Below are positions 40,186 through 53,619 of a stretch of DNA of 64,000 nt, one piece after another (positions within the stretch are counted from its first letter, which is position 1; every line of letters begins with the position of its first letter). The position numbers and the translations under genes are program-made. The notes beneath the pieces are model-generated. The model did no database searches. It was given only the letters and a program-made list of their open reading frames with translations, and was not told where the DNA came from. Source of the DNA: Octopus sinensis (taxonomy: Eukaryota); assembly GCF_006345805.1 (NCBI RefSeq), contig NC_042998.1, positions 1,054,001-1,118,000 of the forward strand, read 5' to 3'.

Positions 40186-40281
40186 AATAGGAAAAAATGT
40201 ATGTATGTATGTGTGTGTGTGTGTGTACGCGCGCGTGTGTATGTTTAGACCGAACGATAGACAGATATTGCCATTTGTCTT

Positions 40282-40500
40282 TTATCTGTTTAAGTCATTA
40301 GACTGCGGCCAAGCTGGGGCATCGAGCTGAAGGAATTTTTATTGCATGAATTTTTAATTGAATAAATTTATTTATTTGTTTATTCTTTTTTGTTTTGTTA
40401 AAGTCTGGTATTCATTGTATCAACATATTTTGCCAAACTGCTGCGTTATGGGGTCTTAAATATACCAACACCGGTCATCAAACGGCGGTTAGGGACAAAC
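40282..40500 (-). mobile_element. SINE S2 3' half, diverged
   Basis: Tail and part of core match S2. Confidence 0.65.
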
Positions 40501-40664
40501 ACAAGCAGGGACATACACCACACACATGCACGCATATATTCACACCAACATAAACATATACATACATACACACATACATACATACATTCATACATACATA
40601 CATACATACATACATACATACATACATACATACATACATACATACATACATACATACATGTATA

Positions 40665-41901
40665 TTGGGTCAGCCCATAAATAATGAAGTGCTTTAAATT
40701 GCATGAACTAAAAGTCGGAGTGAGGACGGGATAAACTACCTGCATCAACTTGCTATAAAAGCAGTTAGTGATTTCACCTTGTACTTATTCTTAGTGAAAA
40801 TATTAAAGAGTGCAGTTCAATTTTAACAGATATTTTTTAAAAGCTATAATGGAAGTGACCAAAGAGCATATTCGGCATATTTTGCTTTATGAGTTCTATA
40901 AAGGCAACAGCGCAACGGAAAGTGCGATGAATATTAGTGCGGTATATGGGGATCAGACAATAAGCGTAAGCCAGTGTCAACGGTGGTTCCAGAAATTCCG
41001 AGTCGAAAACTACAGCCAAGAAGACGAGCCTCGTTCGAGAAGATCTGTAGAGATCAACGAGGACGTCCTTCAAAGTCAAAATAACATCGTAACTGTTGAG
41101 GAACTAACAGGGAAGCTTGGATTTGGTCATTCAACCATTGATCGACACCTGCATGCCATCGGAAAAGCCAGAAAACTGGGTCAGCACGTTCCTCACAAAC
41201 TTTCCGAGTTTAATCGCGCGCAGAGAGTGAATGTGTGCTATTCTTTGCTGACACTTCTCACGAATGAACCTTTTGGTACTGAACAGTGACTGGTGACGAG
41301 AAATGGATACTCAATAAAGATATCAAGCGACGAAGACAGTGGGTAGCGAAAGGAGAAAAACCGGTACCCCAAGCTAAAGAAGGTATTCACCTACGTAAGA
41401 AGTTGTTAACTGTTTGGCGGGATATAAAATATTTAGTCCACTTTGAACGTATAAAACCCAAACCAAATGATAAAAAAGGAGATCTAACAGCGAACAGCCT
41501 GAGCAGCTTAAAGTCAGCGCTAGAAGAAATACGGCCATCTTTGATTTCAGGACGAACGGTGTTCTTCCATCAGGATAATGCTTGGCCACATACAGCGAGG
41601 TTGGAGCAGTTTGAACTGGAATCGATACTCCACCCACCATATTTGCTGGTCATTGCCCCATCTGATTATCATTTATTCCGCAGTGTCCAAAATCATTTCG
41701 ACAGTAAAAATATGAATTCTGTAGACGAGGTCAGAACTGTACTGGAGGAGTATTTTGCATCACAGGCAAGTGAATTATGGAAGAGGGGCCTTGCAAGTCT
41801 ACCAGATAAATGGAAGATCATTGTAGAAAACGAAGGAGAGTATATTTTAGATTGAAAAATAAAGGAAGTATAAAAAACGCATTATTGATAGGATGACCCC
41901 G
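40665..41901 (+). mobile_element. mariner transposon, near full length
   Basis: Imperfect ~26-bp TIRs (TTGGGTCAGCCCATAAATAATG / CATTATTGATAGGATGACCCCG); TA on both sides. Confidence 0.93.
40849..41855 (+). pseudogene. mariner transposase, frameshifted
   Basis: MEVTKEHIRHILLYEF, HVPHKL, TGDEKW, HQDNAWPH, APSDYHLF; frameshift near 41285; D-D spacing shortened to 29 by a deletion. Confidence 0.93.
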
Positions 41902-41929
41902 TACATACACACACATGAATGTGGTATAA

Positions 41930-42018
41930 TATATTATAATATTATATATATCTATATATATATATATATATATATAATATATTATATATTAAAAATATAT
42001 AATAATATAGATATATAT

Positions 42019-42060
<42 letters not shown>

Positions 42061-42197
42061 ATATATATATATATATATGTTGTGTATATATATATATATA
42101 TAATATATATACAAATATATATGTATATACAAATATATATATAATATATATAGATATATATACACTATTAATATATATATATATATATATATGTTAG

Positions 42198-42257
<60 letters not shown>

Positions 42258-42311
42258 CATACATACATAAATATATATATAATATATATATATATAACAT
42301 ACATAAATATA

Positions 42312-42353
<42 letters not shown>

Positions 42354-42435
42354 ATACATAAAGATATATATCTATATATATATATATATATATACATACA
42401 TTATATATATATATATTATATATATATATATAAAC
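41930..42435. repeat. Long interrupted (TA)n tract
   Basis: Direct inspection. Confidence 0.95.
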
Positions 42436-42989
42436 ATATTGGTGAATGAAGCGTTCATAAATAAGACCGCACCCATAGCCTTGGTAACAAGTTCTGAAAT
42501 AGATTTAAGATACTACAATACCACTGCAGGGAAATTACTCCTGTAAGACAAACGGGGCTTGTTTTTTCACAGCGGGGGGGTTTCCTTGTCAAGGTAGGCT
42601 TAGATGACACACACACACACACATAAAACATAAAATATATATTATAATTTCTTTATTTTTTTTCTTTCTGCCACCCAACGGTTATCACGGCAGTAGCCAT
42701 GACAGCCGTCGAACGATAAAACGGCACACACGTACACAAAAATGTTTCTACCCCTACGCCAACGCACACAATAAGAACAGTTATACAAACAAACACGTTC
42801 TCTAAGTAGATGTTTTCTCGCCCTTATATAAAACATCCAATATTCTTTAAATAGTCAGAACTTTATCTCGGTCACAAAGAAATCTATACACCCCCACCCA
42901 CATGTTTGACCGATGCCTGACCTTTGAATCTTCAGCCACCGGTTCTCAACATACACTGATAAACAGTTTCGCCATGGGCTCTTAGGAGC

Positions 42990-43335
42990 ACAGTCGATTT
43001 GTTTTTGCTCGCCTATGTTTCTGTTTTTGTTTTTCAACGGATTTCCTTTTTTCTTCCCTGAAGAGAAAGACACATATGGTCCATTATTCAATCGGATTTT
43101 GGTAATTGGCTTTCGAAAACGTGTAGAATATAAAACGATTTCTGTTCAATTGCGTTTCAGCTCCATTTCTTCATTCACGATAATGTTTTAATTTCAATTA
43201 TCCGCACCAACGCACGGTTGCAACGCCAGATGGTGTACCTCCAACCGTGCTGGTCAATGCTGTGATTTTTGCTATAAGGTATCGGTAAACTTTTGATTAA
43301 TCCACTACAAGATTATTCATCTTCTATTTCACTAA
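42990..43335 (+). mobile_element. Module C, longer copy with degenerate HHR-like motif
   Basis: CTGAAGA-GAAAG..CTTTC-GAAA-ACGTGTA at 43058-43125; 3' part homologous to 30090-30238; ends at (TA)n. Confidence 0.5.
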
Positions 43336-43448
43336 ATATATATATATTATATACATACATAAAATTATATATATATATTATAGATTATATATATACATAC
43401 ATAAATAATATATATATATAAAATACACTTTCTTCTTGTGTATGTGCG

Positions 43449-43830
43449 TGCGCATGCGCGTGGCAATATAAACATAATTACAAAGCTACGCACTCACAAT
43501 GTCAACACCGGTCACATGCTTCGCCATATTGCAATGCGAATGTTTCCAACGCTGCCGCCATTTATGTCTAACTACGCAACGTGTTTCCTTATCCTTATTA
43601 CACTTTTAATATTTCTATTAATTGGAGCTAAAAGTAAAAGAGAGCGAAAGTTAAGTACAACACGCAGTCCAAACACAGTGGCGCCGTCTGCCGATCGTAA
43701 TGCAACTTAATTGTACTTTGTTGCACTCAGCCTGTTAATTCGTATATTTCGTCTCTTTGGAGATTTCTCTCCTATGATGTCTGCTTCATTATGCGTAGGG
43801 TAATATGAAAGCTGGGTAAGACGGAAGTCG
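43449..43830. promoter_or_regulatory. CpG-richer unique segment with NRF1-, YY1- and ETS-like motifs
   Basis: TGCGCATGCGCG (43449), CGCCATATT (43522), GCCGCCATTT (43554), ACGGAAGT (43821), donor-like TGG|GTAAG (43816). Confidence 0.3.
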
Positions 43831-44371
43831 TAGCAGTCGGTTGGCGTTTTTAATCTTCCCTATTATTAATTTTTCGTAGGAATATATCATTTCCTAAAGT
43901 TTCTTTTAATCTTACATACATTCATGCATTCATACATAGTGTATTGTGTATGATATTCATGAGCTGATCTCTGCGTTTCCAAAGACGTGTCAGCAAAGAA
44001 TGGCATGTGTGTGTATGTGTGTGTGTGTGTGTGATTGTATGTTTCTGTTTGTGTGTATGTGTGTGTGTATGTTTCTGTTTGTGTGTATGTGTGTGTGTGT
44101 GTGTGTGTGATTGTATGTATGTTTCTGTTTGTGTGTCTGTGTGTGAGTATTTGTGTGCATGTCTGTTTGTGTGTATATATGTGTGTTTGTGTGTGTGCTT
44201 ATGTGCGTAATTGTGTGTATGTATGTGTCTTTGTACATCTGCGTTTGTGTGTGTGTACTTTTTGTGTATGTGTTTGTTGCTTTTTTTCCATGTGTGTGAA
44301 TGTGCATATGTCTGTGTGTGTGTGTGTGCGTGCGCGTGTGCTTATATATCTTTTATCGTCTCTATTGTTTT

Positions 44372-44725
44372 AGTTACTTACTTCAGTCATAGCAATGCGG
44401 CCATGCTGGAGTGCCACAAAAGATGAGTTTTAGACGAGCAAATCGACTCCTGTTCTTATTCTATCGTCTGTCTTGTCGAACCGTTAAGTTACGGATACGT
44501 ATACAAATCAAACCAGTTGTCAAGCGGTAGGGTAGGGCAGACACAAACACACACACATACATGCATATGTATAAACACTCAGACACACAGACACATTTTG
44601 TATATATACGACTATTTCTATCTATCGAATTCACTCACAAAGCATTGCTCGATCCAGGGCTATAGTAAAGATCACTTGTCATGGGGCACACGTGGGACCG
44701 GGCCCAAAAACCCGTCGGTGAAAAG
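44372..44725 (-). mobile_element. SINE S2, diverged
   Basis: Tail, core and partial head match S2. Confidence 0.75.
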
Positions 44726-44902
44726 AGAGGTTCTAAAGCGCAATTTCCATGCCAGCACACGCACTCACAGACACCACTCGCGCGCACACAAACACACACA
44801 CACAGGTTCCAATGTCGACTTTGTTGGCCCAAACTTCGAAGTCACAGTCAATGCTGTTCTTGTTAAAGAATAATAACATTTGTACTCTACCAAATGTATT
44901 GC

Positions 44903-45166
44903 ATGTGGAGGTGCATGGCTTAGTGGTTAGGGTGTCAGCACCATGATCGTAAGATTGTGGTTTCGATTTCTGGACCGGGCGACGCGTTGTGTTCTTGATC
45001 AAAACACTTCACTTCACGTTGTTCCAGTCCACTCAGCTGGCAAAAATGAGTAACGCTGCGATGGACTGGCGTCCCGTCCCGCTGGGGAACACATACGCCA
45101 TAGAAACCGGGAAATGGGGCCCAAGAGCCTGTCTAGGTTTTAAAAAGGGTGCATTTATTTATTTTT
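44903..45166 (+). mobile_element. Chimeric SINE (S4-type 5' half + S3-type tail) with 11-bp TSD
   Basis: AAATGTATTGC at 44892-44902 and 45167-45177. Confidence 0.85.
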
Positions 45167-45454
45167 AAATGTATTGCGTAATCCTTCAGTTTAATGCAAA
45201 TTGTCTTTATTATAACATTAAAAAAACATTGATATTTCTATGTATACATATATATATATGTACATATGAATACATACATGCATATGTATGTATGCATGTA
45301 TGTATGTATGTATGATTTCTCTTGCATATCTAGACATACTCATATATACTTAAATGATAAACTTCTGGAAAATTTTACAGATTTTTACAGTTCCACTGAT
45401 GGTTTGGATCTGTAGTCTTGGAATCAGCTTTCTACTTTCTGGTTTTAAAAAGCC

Positions 45455-45515
45455 TAATTTCCCAAGATGGTATTTAGGCAGTGTGTTACATATCCCAGTG
45501 CCCCAATAATTATAG
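45455..45515 (-). mobile_element. Small R4-like RLE fragment
   Basis: Translates IIIGALGYVTHCLNTIL. Confidence 0.5.
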
Positions 45516-45564
45516 ATGAGAAGCCATGAAAGCCACTGCCTGGTACTGCATCAGGGTATTTATT

Positions 45565-45606
<42 letters not shown>

Positions 45607-46246
45607 CTGAAAGATTCTCGGATAGTTCTTAATTACCAGTTGTTCTTTTCTTGAAAGCAGACAATAACAAATCACCAAAGGTTTCAAGTGGTGCCTTCTC
45701 CTCTGACTCAAAGAGACAATACTCTCCTTAGAATGCGAGCTGTACCCAACAAAGCTGTCTTCTGGATCACCTCGAGCCTGACAGCAGCTCCAGTATTCTT
45801 AATATGTTTTTTCAAAGCACTTGGAAACTGCTCCTAATGCTCCAATTACCACAAGGTATCACCAATACTTTCCTCATGCCCCATAACTTTCCTATCTCGT
45901 ACCGCAGTGGCTGGAATTTCTCAATCTTTTCTGCTTCCTTACATTTCATCTTCGAATCGTCTGGTATCGCGACGTCTTTTAATCTTTACTTCTCTTTCAC
46001 CTTTATCGATGGGCACGATATCTGGTCGTCTCGCCTCTATGACTTGGTCCCTCTGCATCTTAAAATCCCAGAGTATTTTGTAATGTTCGTTTTCCATTAC
46101 ACCCTCTGGCTTGCGTTCATACCATTGTTCGACTCTCTGGTGGTTTGCTTTACCACACAACAACCAGTGGACATATCTGGCCACATTGTCGTGTCTCCTT
46201 TTGTATTCGCGTTGTGCGAGCTTACAACAATCACTGACAATATGGC

Positions 46247-46247
<1 letters not shown>
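45607..46247 (-). mobile_element. R4/Dong-like RLE non-LTR retrotransposon 3' fragment
   Basis: HIVSDCCKLAQREYKRRHDNVARYVHW, KILWDF, ARRPDIV, IDVAIP, VIPVVIGALG, IQKTALLGTARILRRVL; flanked by (AAT)n and (AAC)n(AAT). Confidence 0.9.
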
Positions 46248-46301
<54 letters not shown>

Positions 46302-46559
46302 GATTATTATATATTATTATTATTATACTATTATTATTATTATTATTATTATTGTATTATTATTATATATTATTATTATTATTTATTATATTATTATTAT
46401 TTTATGTTTGACTTTTGCTTTACATTTGTACAAGTTGGCTCCAAGTCTCACCCAAGTTGGAAGTTCATGCTGGTGTTATGCCTAGGGTGCCGTATATTTG
46501 GTTTTGTACATAGTGTTGTTATAGAGAATGTTTAAGAAACCATAAGAAAAATATGTTTG

Positions 46560-46623
<64 letters not shown>

Positions 46624-47225
46624 CACGCCTTGTGCATATAGTAGAAAGGATTAGTATTATTATTGTTGTTGTTGTTGTTATTGTTATTGTTGTTTATGAT
46701 GATGTTGTTGATGTTGTTGCTAATGACTCAAAAATTAAGCAAATATCAAGAAAACGAGAATTGATTTCTCAGTTATATTTGCTTAGGACAGTTTTTTCTT
46801 GCTTTATTCTTATTTGCAAAGAAGGGACAATTTCGGGCAGAATAATATTTGACCGAAACTACAGATCGTTTCAAAGCTTTAAATATATAGAAGAAAGTGT
46901 TACGTGGATTGAAGGCTAAGAGTAATAATATGCATGATTAAAAGTAAAGGGTCCTAATGGAAGTAACTCGAAGAAATGAAAGTTTGAATTTGCATAATTA
47001 AGTTAAATAGTAATGTACTGAATTCCATATGCCAAAAAATTCTAAAATAATTACGATTTTCCTCTCAGTCAGAAAAAAGAAAATATTTCAAGAAACCGAA
47101 GATTTATTTTGTAAGGCATTCCGTACATCATCTTGTAACTTAATTATTCATATTCATATTATTGACGCTTTCCGTTATGTCATTTAGTTCTATTTATCAC
47201 ACACATACACACGCACACACACAGA

Positions 47226-47262
<37 letters not shown>

Positions 47263-47559
47263 CACACACACACACACAGTATATATAAAGAGAGAAAGGG
47301 TGAAAAAAAGAAATGTGTATATAATAATTTGTGAATTATCGAACAAAACAGAAGTACTGAATACCTGTCAGAAAATGATTAAGCATTATTCATTGCAATT
47401 CAGTGAACAAAATGACTAAGAACTATCTGAAGAATATTTCATTTAGCATTCATGCATGAATCATGCAACATATGACTTCAAGTACCAAAGTCTAGTCCTT
47501 ACAGGTATTTATGTAGCGGCAAAGCTAAAAATAACAAACAAATCTAAGGTGCACTCTGT

Positions 47560-47581
47560 ATTATTATTATTATTATTATTA

Positions 47582-47635
<54 letters not shown>

Positions 47636-47681
47636 TATTATTATTATATTATTATTATTATTATTATATTATTATTATTAT

Positions 47682-47717
<36 letters not shown>

Positions 47718-47758
47718 TATTATTATTATTATCATTATTATTATTATTATTATTATTA

Positions 47759-47800
<42 letters not shown>

Positions 47801-47812
47801 CATCATCATTAT
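47560..47812. repeat. (ATT)n microsatellite
   Basis: Direct inspection. Confidence 0.95.
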
Positions 47813-48183
47813 TCCTTCGTAACACGGTGTAGGTAAATATACACCGGAGTCTTTAGTCATCTGTGAAGTCACAACAAGGACCTCAGACAGACAATACTCG
47901 TTAAGATCTACGCTATGCCCAATAAAACTGCTTTCTGCAACAAATCAGTTTTGCATGGGATTTCTAGTTACCTTAAGAAGTCTTGAAGTTTCAATGGGAT
48001 TGAGTCCAACGCTCCGATCACCACTGGTATCACTTTTACATTACCTTCTCGCATTCCATACAGTCTTGCCATTTCCACCTTCATTTCGGAGTACTTGGTG
48101 ATTTTTTCAACCTCTTTAGTCACAACATTCATGTCATTTGGTATGGCTACATCAATGAACTGTAGGAGCTTCCATTTATGCAT
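47813..48183 (-). mobile_element. Second R4/Dong-like RLE 3' fragment (different subfamily)
   Basis: FIDVAIPND..KEVEKITKY..VIPVVIGALD..LQKAVLLG; the 3' UTR runs into (AAT)n. Confidence 0.87.
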
Positions 48184-49467
48184 GGTGCACGTCCTCTTTT
48201 AAACACCATACGTAGCTGGCCAAAGAGGTAATGTTGCGCCTCCTTGGGATCCTAAAAGAGGACGTTTGATTGCTAAAACGTTGCTTGAAAGGAGCCTCTG
48301 TAACGCCAACATATTTCAATGCTTGTCTTCTTGTTACTGGTGCAGCTGCTGCTCGTATTGCTGCTGTTATTACTGGACGCGATTATGTCGTTGTAGTTGT
48401 TGTTGGTGCTGCCACCATCACTGCTGTTGCTGCTGTTGTTGCTGCTATAGCTGTCGCTATTACTCACATAGTTGCTGATATTGCCGGACGTGCTGCTGCT
48501 GCTGGTATGGTTATCGCTGCCGTTGCTGCAATTTTTTCCACTGTTGCATGCGTTATTGGTGGCGCTGCTGTCGCCGTTACATCCGGGAACCACCACACGG
48601 CCACGGATTTACATCGACCCCCTACTTTGCGCTCATTGCTAACCCTGCATGAGAATTCTCCCTCTGTGCGGGGTTTACGGGTGATCGTTAATAGTTTTTT
48701 AACTATAAATGTTAAACGAATACAGTATTTTTTTATTAAAACATTTCCCCTCTGGTATTGAGGTTTTTCATGTTGTTGTTTTTTGCGTTTGTTCATTATA
48801 TTTTCAGGCTATGTATGTGTGTGCATGTAAATCTATGCATGTATATGTACCTATATATAAATATAAATGTGTGTTTGTGTGTGGCGGGGCTGTACGTATG
48901 AACGTTTTTCCTATTTAATATCCATCGCAGGAACAGTATTCGGAAAGTTCGTTATTGCCACAACGGAGTTTCCGAGCTCTGTTCTTGCTGTTTCTCATTC
49001 ATTCCTCCTCCCAAGTCTGCGAAGCTAATCATTTGTCTCCATTGCAAAGAATGATGTTCTTATAATAACAACAACATCAACACTTTCAGCTCATTTGAAG
49101 TAAGCACTGGATTATATTGGATTCCTCATTCTGTTGAAACCAATTAAACGTAAAGATGGTATTCTTATGTTTCAAATTTCAAATTAACTGTTCCCGGTAA
49201 TTCTTCAGAGCCAATAAAATGTGTGTGTGTGTGTGTGTGTGTGTACCATGGAATCTCACCTCAGTTCGTTGTATCTCCATATGAATCTGTTCTGTAAATA
49301 TATAAATGTTTATATGCTTATACATGAATATTCCTCTTCCAAATATTTTCAATTTTTACGTCTCTCTATGTATATTTACATGTATATTTTATATATCAAG
49401 CCCAAGCGTGTTTATTTATTTGCCTCATTATCTCTCTCTCTCGCTCTCTCGCTCTCTCGCTCTCTCT

Positions 49468-49506
<39 letters not shown>

Positions 49507-49712
49507 GATATAAAGTTATAGACATATCGATATTGGTTTTAAATTTTGGAAGAAGGCCAGCAATTTCGATTACATTGAAACCAGTGCTTTACTGGTTTTT
49601 ATTTTACCGACCCCGAAAAGATAAGAGTAAAGTCGACTGCAATGGAATTTGAACTGAGAACCTGGTGGCTAACGAGATACTACGAAGGATTTCGGCCGGT
49701 CTGCTAGGATTC

Positions 49713-49945
49713 TTATTTCTTTATTGCCCACAAGGGGCTAAACATAGAGGGGACAAACAAGGACAGACAAAGGGGTTAAGTCGATTATATCGACCCCAGT
49801 GCGTAACTGGTACTTATTTAATCGACAGCGAAAGAATGAAAGGTAAAGTCGACCTCGGCGGAATTTGAACTCAGACCGTAGCGGCAGACGAAATGCCACT
49901 AAGCTATTTCGCCCGGCGTGCTAACGTTTCTGCCAGCTCGTAGCC
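49713..49945 (-). mobile_element. SINE S1 monomer with tail b
   Basis: Head, core and Tx1-like tail; a degenerate S1 lies at 49530-49707. Confidence 0.9.
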
Positions 49946-49986
49946 TTACAAGATATACACAATATATATATATAGAGACACATATG

Positions 49987-50077
<91 letters not shown>

Positions 50078-50419
50078 ACATACACACACACATACACGAA
50101 ACTGGACTATGTATTTAAAAATACTTTTACATATTTTAAGATATTTATTGCTATTAAGCGCTTGAATTTATATTGCAGATATCATGGCAAAGTTGGAAAA
50201 GGTTATTAACAATAAGGAAGCCTTACTGGCAGATAATGGTGCTCATGAAAACATAATTAGTTGAGAATAATAACCAAAGTTATATCATGAAAATATCGTT
50301 TCTAGTAAATTACAAAGACGTATGTCGATCATCTGTTGTTTACTCTTCGAGAGGTAAATTTCCTGAAATCAGCAGATGTTTGTAAACGGTTTCCAATTAT
50401 ATATGTATATAATATATGT

Positions 50420-50621
50420 CTTTACATTCTGAGTTCAAATTCCGCCGAGGTCGACTTTGCCTTTCATCCTTTCGGGGTCATTACATAAAGTACCTGTTGC
50501 GTACTGGGGTCTATCTAATCGATTGGTCCCCTCCCCAAAGATTTCGGGCCTTGTGCTTTGAGTAAAAAAGAATATTTACATGCTATTATTTTTAGCTTTA
50601 TCAGCTTCGAGATTCACCGTT

Positions 50622-50665
<44 letters not shown>

Positions 50666-51253
50666 TGTGTGTGTGTATGTGAGAAAGAGAGAGAGAGAGA
50701 GAGAGAGAGTGTGTGTGTGTGTGTGTGTATGTATGTGGTGTGTATATATATATATATATATATATACAGCAGACAGAGAGAGACAGACAGACAGAATACT
50801 TAGTGGTATTTCTTATGGCTTTTAACGTTCAAATACTACCAAAGTTAACTTTGCCTTTCACACTTTGAGGTCGATAAAATAAAGTTCATTATCATCCCCA
50901 TAAGCATCACCACCAACGGCGTTGGCAGAATCGTTACCACGCCGGAAGAAAATGCTTAACACCATTTTTTTCGACACATTACGTTCTAAGCTCTAATTCT
51001 GCTAAGGTCGACTTTGCCTTTCGCCCTTTCGGGGTCGATAAATTAATTACGAGTGAAACACTGGGATCGATTAAATCAACTACCCCCTCCCCCAAAATGT
51101 CAGGCCTTGTGCTTATAGTAGAAAGGATTATTATTATTATTGTTAATTCCGCCAAAGGGTCGATAAAATAAGTACCAGTTGCATACTGGAGTCGATGTAA
51201 TCGACTTAGCCCCTATTTCTCGAAATTACAGGCCTTGTGCCAAAATTAAGAAC

Positions 51254-51260
<7 letters not shown>
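50420..51260 (+). mobile_element. Cluster of S1 copies (50420-50565, 50800-50885, 50916-51127, 51140-51260)
   Basis: Repeated core GCCTTTCATCCTTTCGGGGTC and tail a. Confidence 0.8.
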
Positions 51261-51306
<46 letters not shown>

Positions 51307-51362
51307 TATTATTATATTTATTAGTTATTATTATTATTATTATTATCATTATTATTATTATA

Positions 51363-51920
51363 ATTGAGTGAGAGAGCAGTTCATGCCATCAAAGTCACAC
51401 ACTGGGGTAAAATATACGAAGCCCAATATACCCATCATGACTACCCGTCTGATAAAGGTACACCAGGCACATGCATCACAACCATATGTGCGTGACATGG
51501 TGAATCTCATATCAATAAACAGCACATGACCTTGCAGGTGGGGCCCAGTTAGAATTTTCTTCAGGTTGAGTAGCCCATCCCGCTCAAACGGTCCCTGAAT
51601 AAGGGTTGTTTAAGGATGTTGAAAGAACCACCCATGTTTCCAGAGGTGAACTATTCAAACCCAAAGAATCCCTCTCAACACATGGCTATGATGCTCCCCC
51701 ACTACTTCTGCTCGTGATCAGAGATGCACATATCGTCAGCCACTAAGGGGCATGCTCAACTGGTTAAGGTCAAACAACTGACAGACAAATCTGTGGTATT
51801 GAGCAGAATATTTGCTGTAGCCCATCTTTTATACCAAGACAAAACAATGTACATGATAACACTTCCAATCAGTTAAGATCAGAAGCCATGAGAGCCACTG
51901 CCTGGTACTGCATCAGGGCA
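51363..51920 (-). mobile_element. ~560-bp non-coding element X inserted in (AAT)n
   Basis: (ATT)n on both flanks; the first ~45 nt recur at 45515-45557; no ORF. Confidence 0.65.
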
Positions 51921-51969
51921 TTTATTATTATTATTATTATTATAATTATTATTATAATTATTATTATTA

Positions 51970-52030
<61 letters not shown>

Positions 52031-52089
52031 TGTTACTATTATTATTATTATTATTATTATTATCATTATTATTACAGCAACTTACTTGC

Positions 52090-52715
52090 ATTTGTCTGTA
52101 TAACGCAATTGATGCTTACACGCATATATACACACCACAGTCCTTCACACAAGCACTTATATATGCTAATAAAATACCTGCGTTGCCTTCCATGAGGCTC
52201 TTGAACACCTTTATCCCCCCCCCCACCTCCGGCACAGATACGCTTTCATGTCCTAACATATACGCTTACACATAACCCAGCTTTCCCCCCACTCTCAACA
52301 AAACAAAGCAACCTCATTTCCACACCTGTGCACATTCATACACATTCATACACATCGCACAGTAACAATCACGCGCGCACTAATCACCGATTTACCTGCT
52401 TCCAGACTTAAGTACATTCACCTTCACCCCTTCCTCCTTTTTTAACTAACACAAGCATTCTCTCTGATTTCTAACCCTGCGCCTTCCTCCATTGCGTCCT
52501 ATTTTAAAATTCTTTCTTTCTTTCATTCAAACACTCACTATTTCTCTCCCGATGTATTTCTTCATGGTTTGAATTTATTGTTGTTTCTGGTAGGAGACTA
52601 ACGTCCAAAACCATGAGGTTCTTCACTTCCCTTTGAAGCGTTAAAACTAATAACCTATTTTTCAAATTTTGCTCTTCCTCTGCTGTTTTTTAGCATTGTT
52701 TATTGTCGTGAAATA
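52090..52715 (+). mobile_element. CA-rich interspersed repeat (PLE-terminus-like, module D)
   Basis: CACAGTAACAATCACG..CTAATCACC..CCTGCTTC..AAGTACA is shared with 57560-57790; the 3' motif CTTCC..AGCGTTAAAACTAA resembles module A downstream of its HHR. Confidence 0.5.
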
Positions 52716-52769
52716 TGTATATATGAATGTTGTGTGTGTTTGAGTGTGCTTGCGTGTGTGTAATTGTGC

Positions 52770-52960
<191 letters not shown>

Positions 52961-53619
52961 AGAATGGGAGAGGCCAAAGAAAGAGCCTTTTGCTGGTTAT
53001 GGACTAAGAGACAGGAGTTAAGCTGGAAGTCAGGAGATCATGTGCAATGGTTTGGCCACCACTGCTGACCCACAAACGAGAGGATGTTACGGTTTAGGGT
53101 CGAATAGTCTGATGATTGTTGGATACCGTCTGATGACATCAATTCCTCCTGGACAAGGCCTCTTCTGTTATACGTTAGTAATAACACGCGCGTGCGCACA
53201 CATGGCTATGCGTGTAACGTATGTTACATGGACATACATACAACGTATGTAAATATGCATAGTGTGTGTTCATGTGCATGTGTGTGTGTGTATTTGTGGT
53301 ATGCATTTGTTCACTGAAATTTAATACCTGAAGGAATAGTGTTCTAACGCTGTTTCATCTCTTGAATTATTCAAGAATGTTACTGGATTACAATACTGAA
53401 ATGTCACAATATTGAAAACCTTTAAAGTAAACACTGCAAGAAGAAATAATGCCAATAAATAAGAGTTGAGGGCGAAATATTGAATATAAAATTTTCAGAT
53501 GGGATTTCAAATGTAAAAATATAGCGTATAACTTTTTCTAAATAGAATCACGTTATTTAAATGTTTTTGTATTTTCCTATGAATGAGTGATTCCTCTCTT
53601 ACACGATACTCAACTACAA

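Noticed and set aside
40849-41855. Mariner as an active or domesticated transposase
   Set aside because: Frameshift, a deletion in the catalytic spacer and a degenerate YSPDL motif.
48273-48596. Ser/Asn-rich minus-strand ORF and the overlapping Ala/Val-rich plus ORF
   Set aside because: Decayed AGC/AAC trinucleotide sequence; no ATG or usable acceptor in frame; no domain.
51363-51920. Element X as U1/U2/U12 snRNA, RNase P/MRP or HDV-like ribozyme
   Set aside because: Only short scattered matches (TGCAGTAC, TGATCACGA, GTAGTGGGGGA, TTTGAGCGGG) in the wrong order; no complete pseudoknot could be built.
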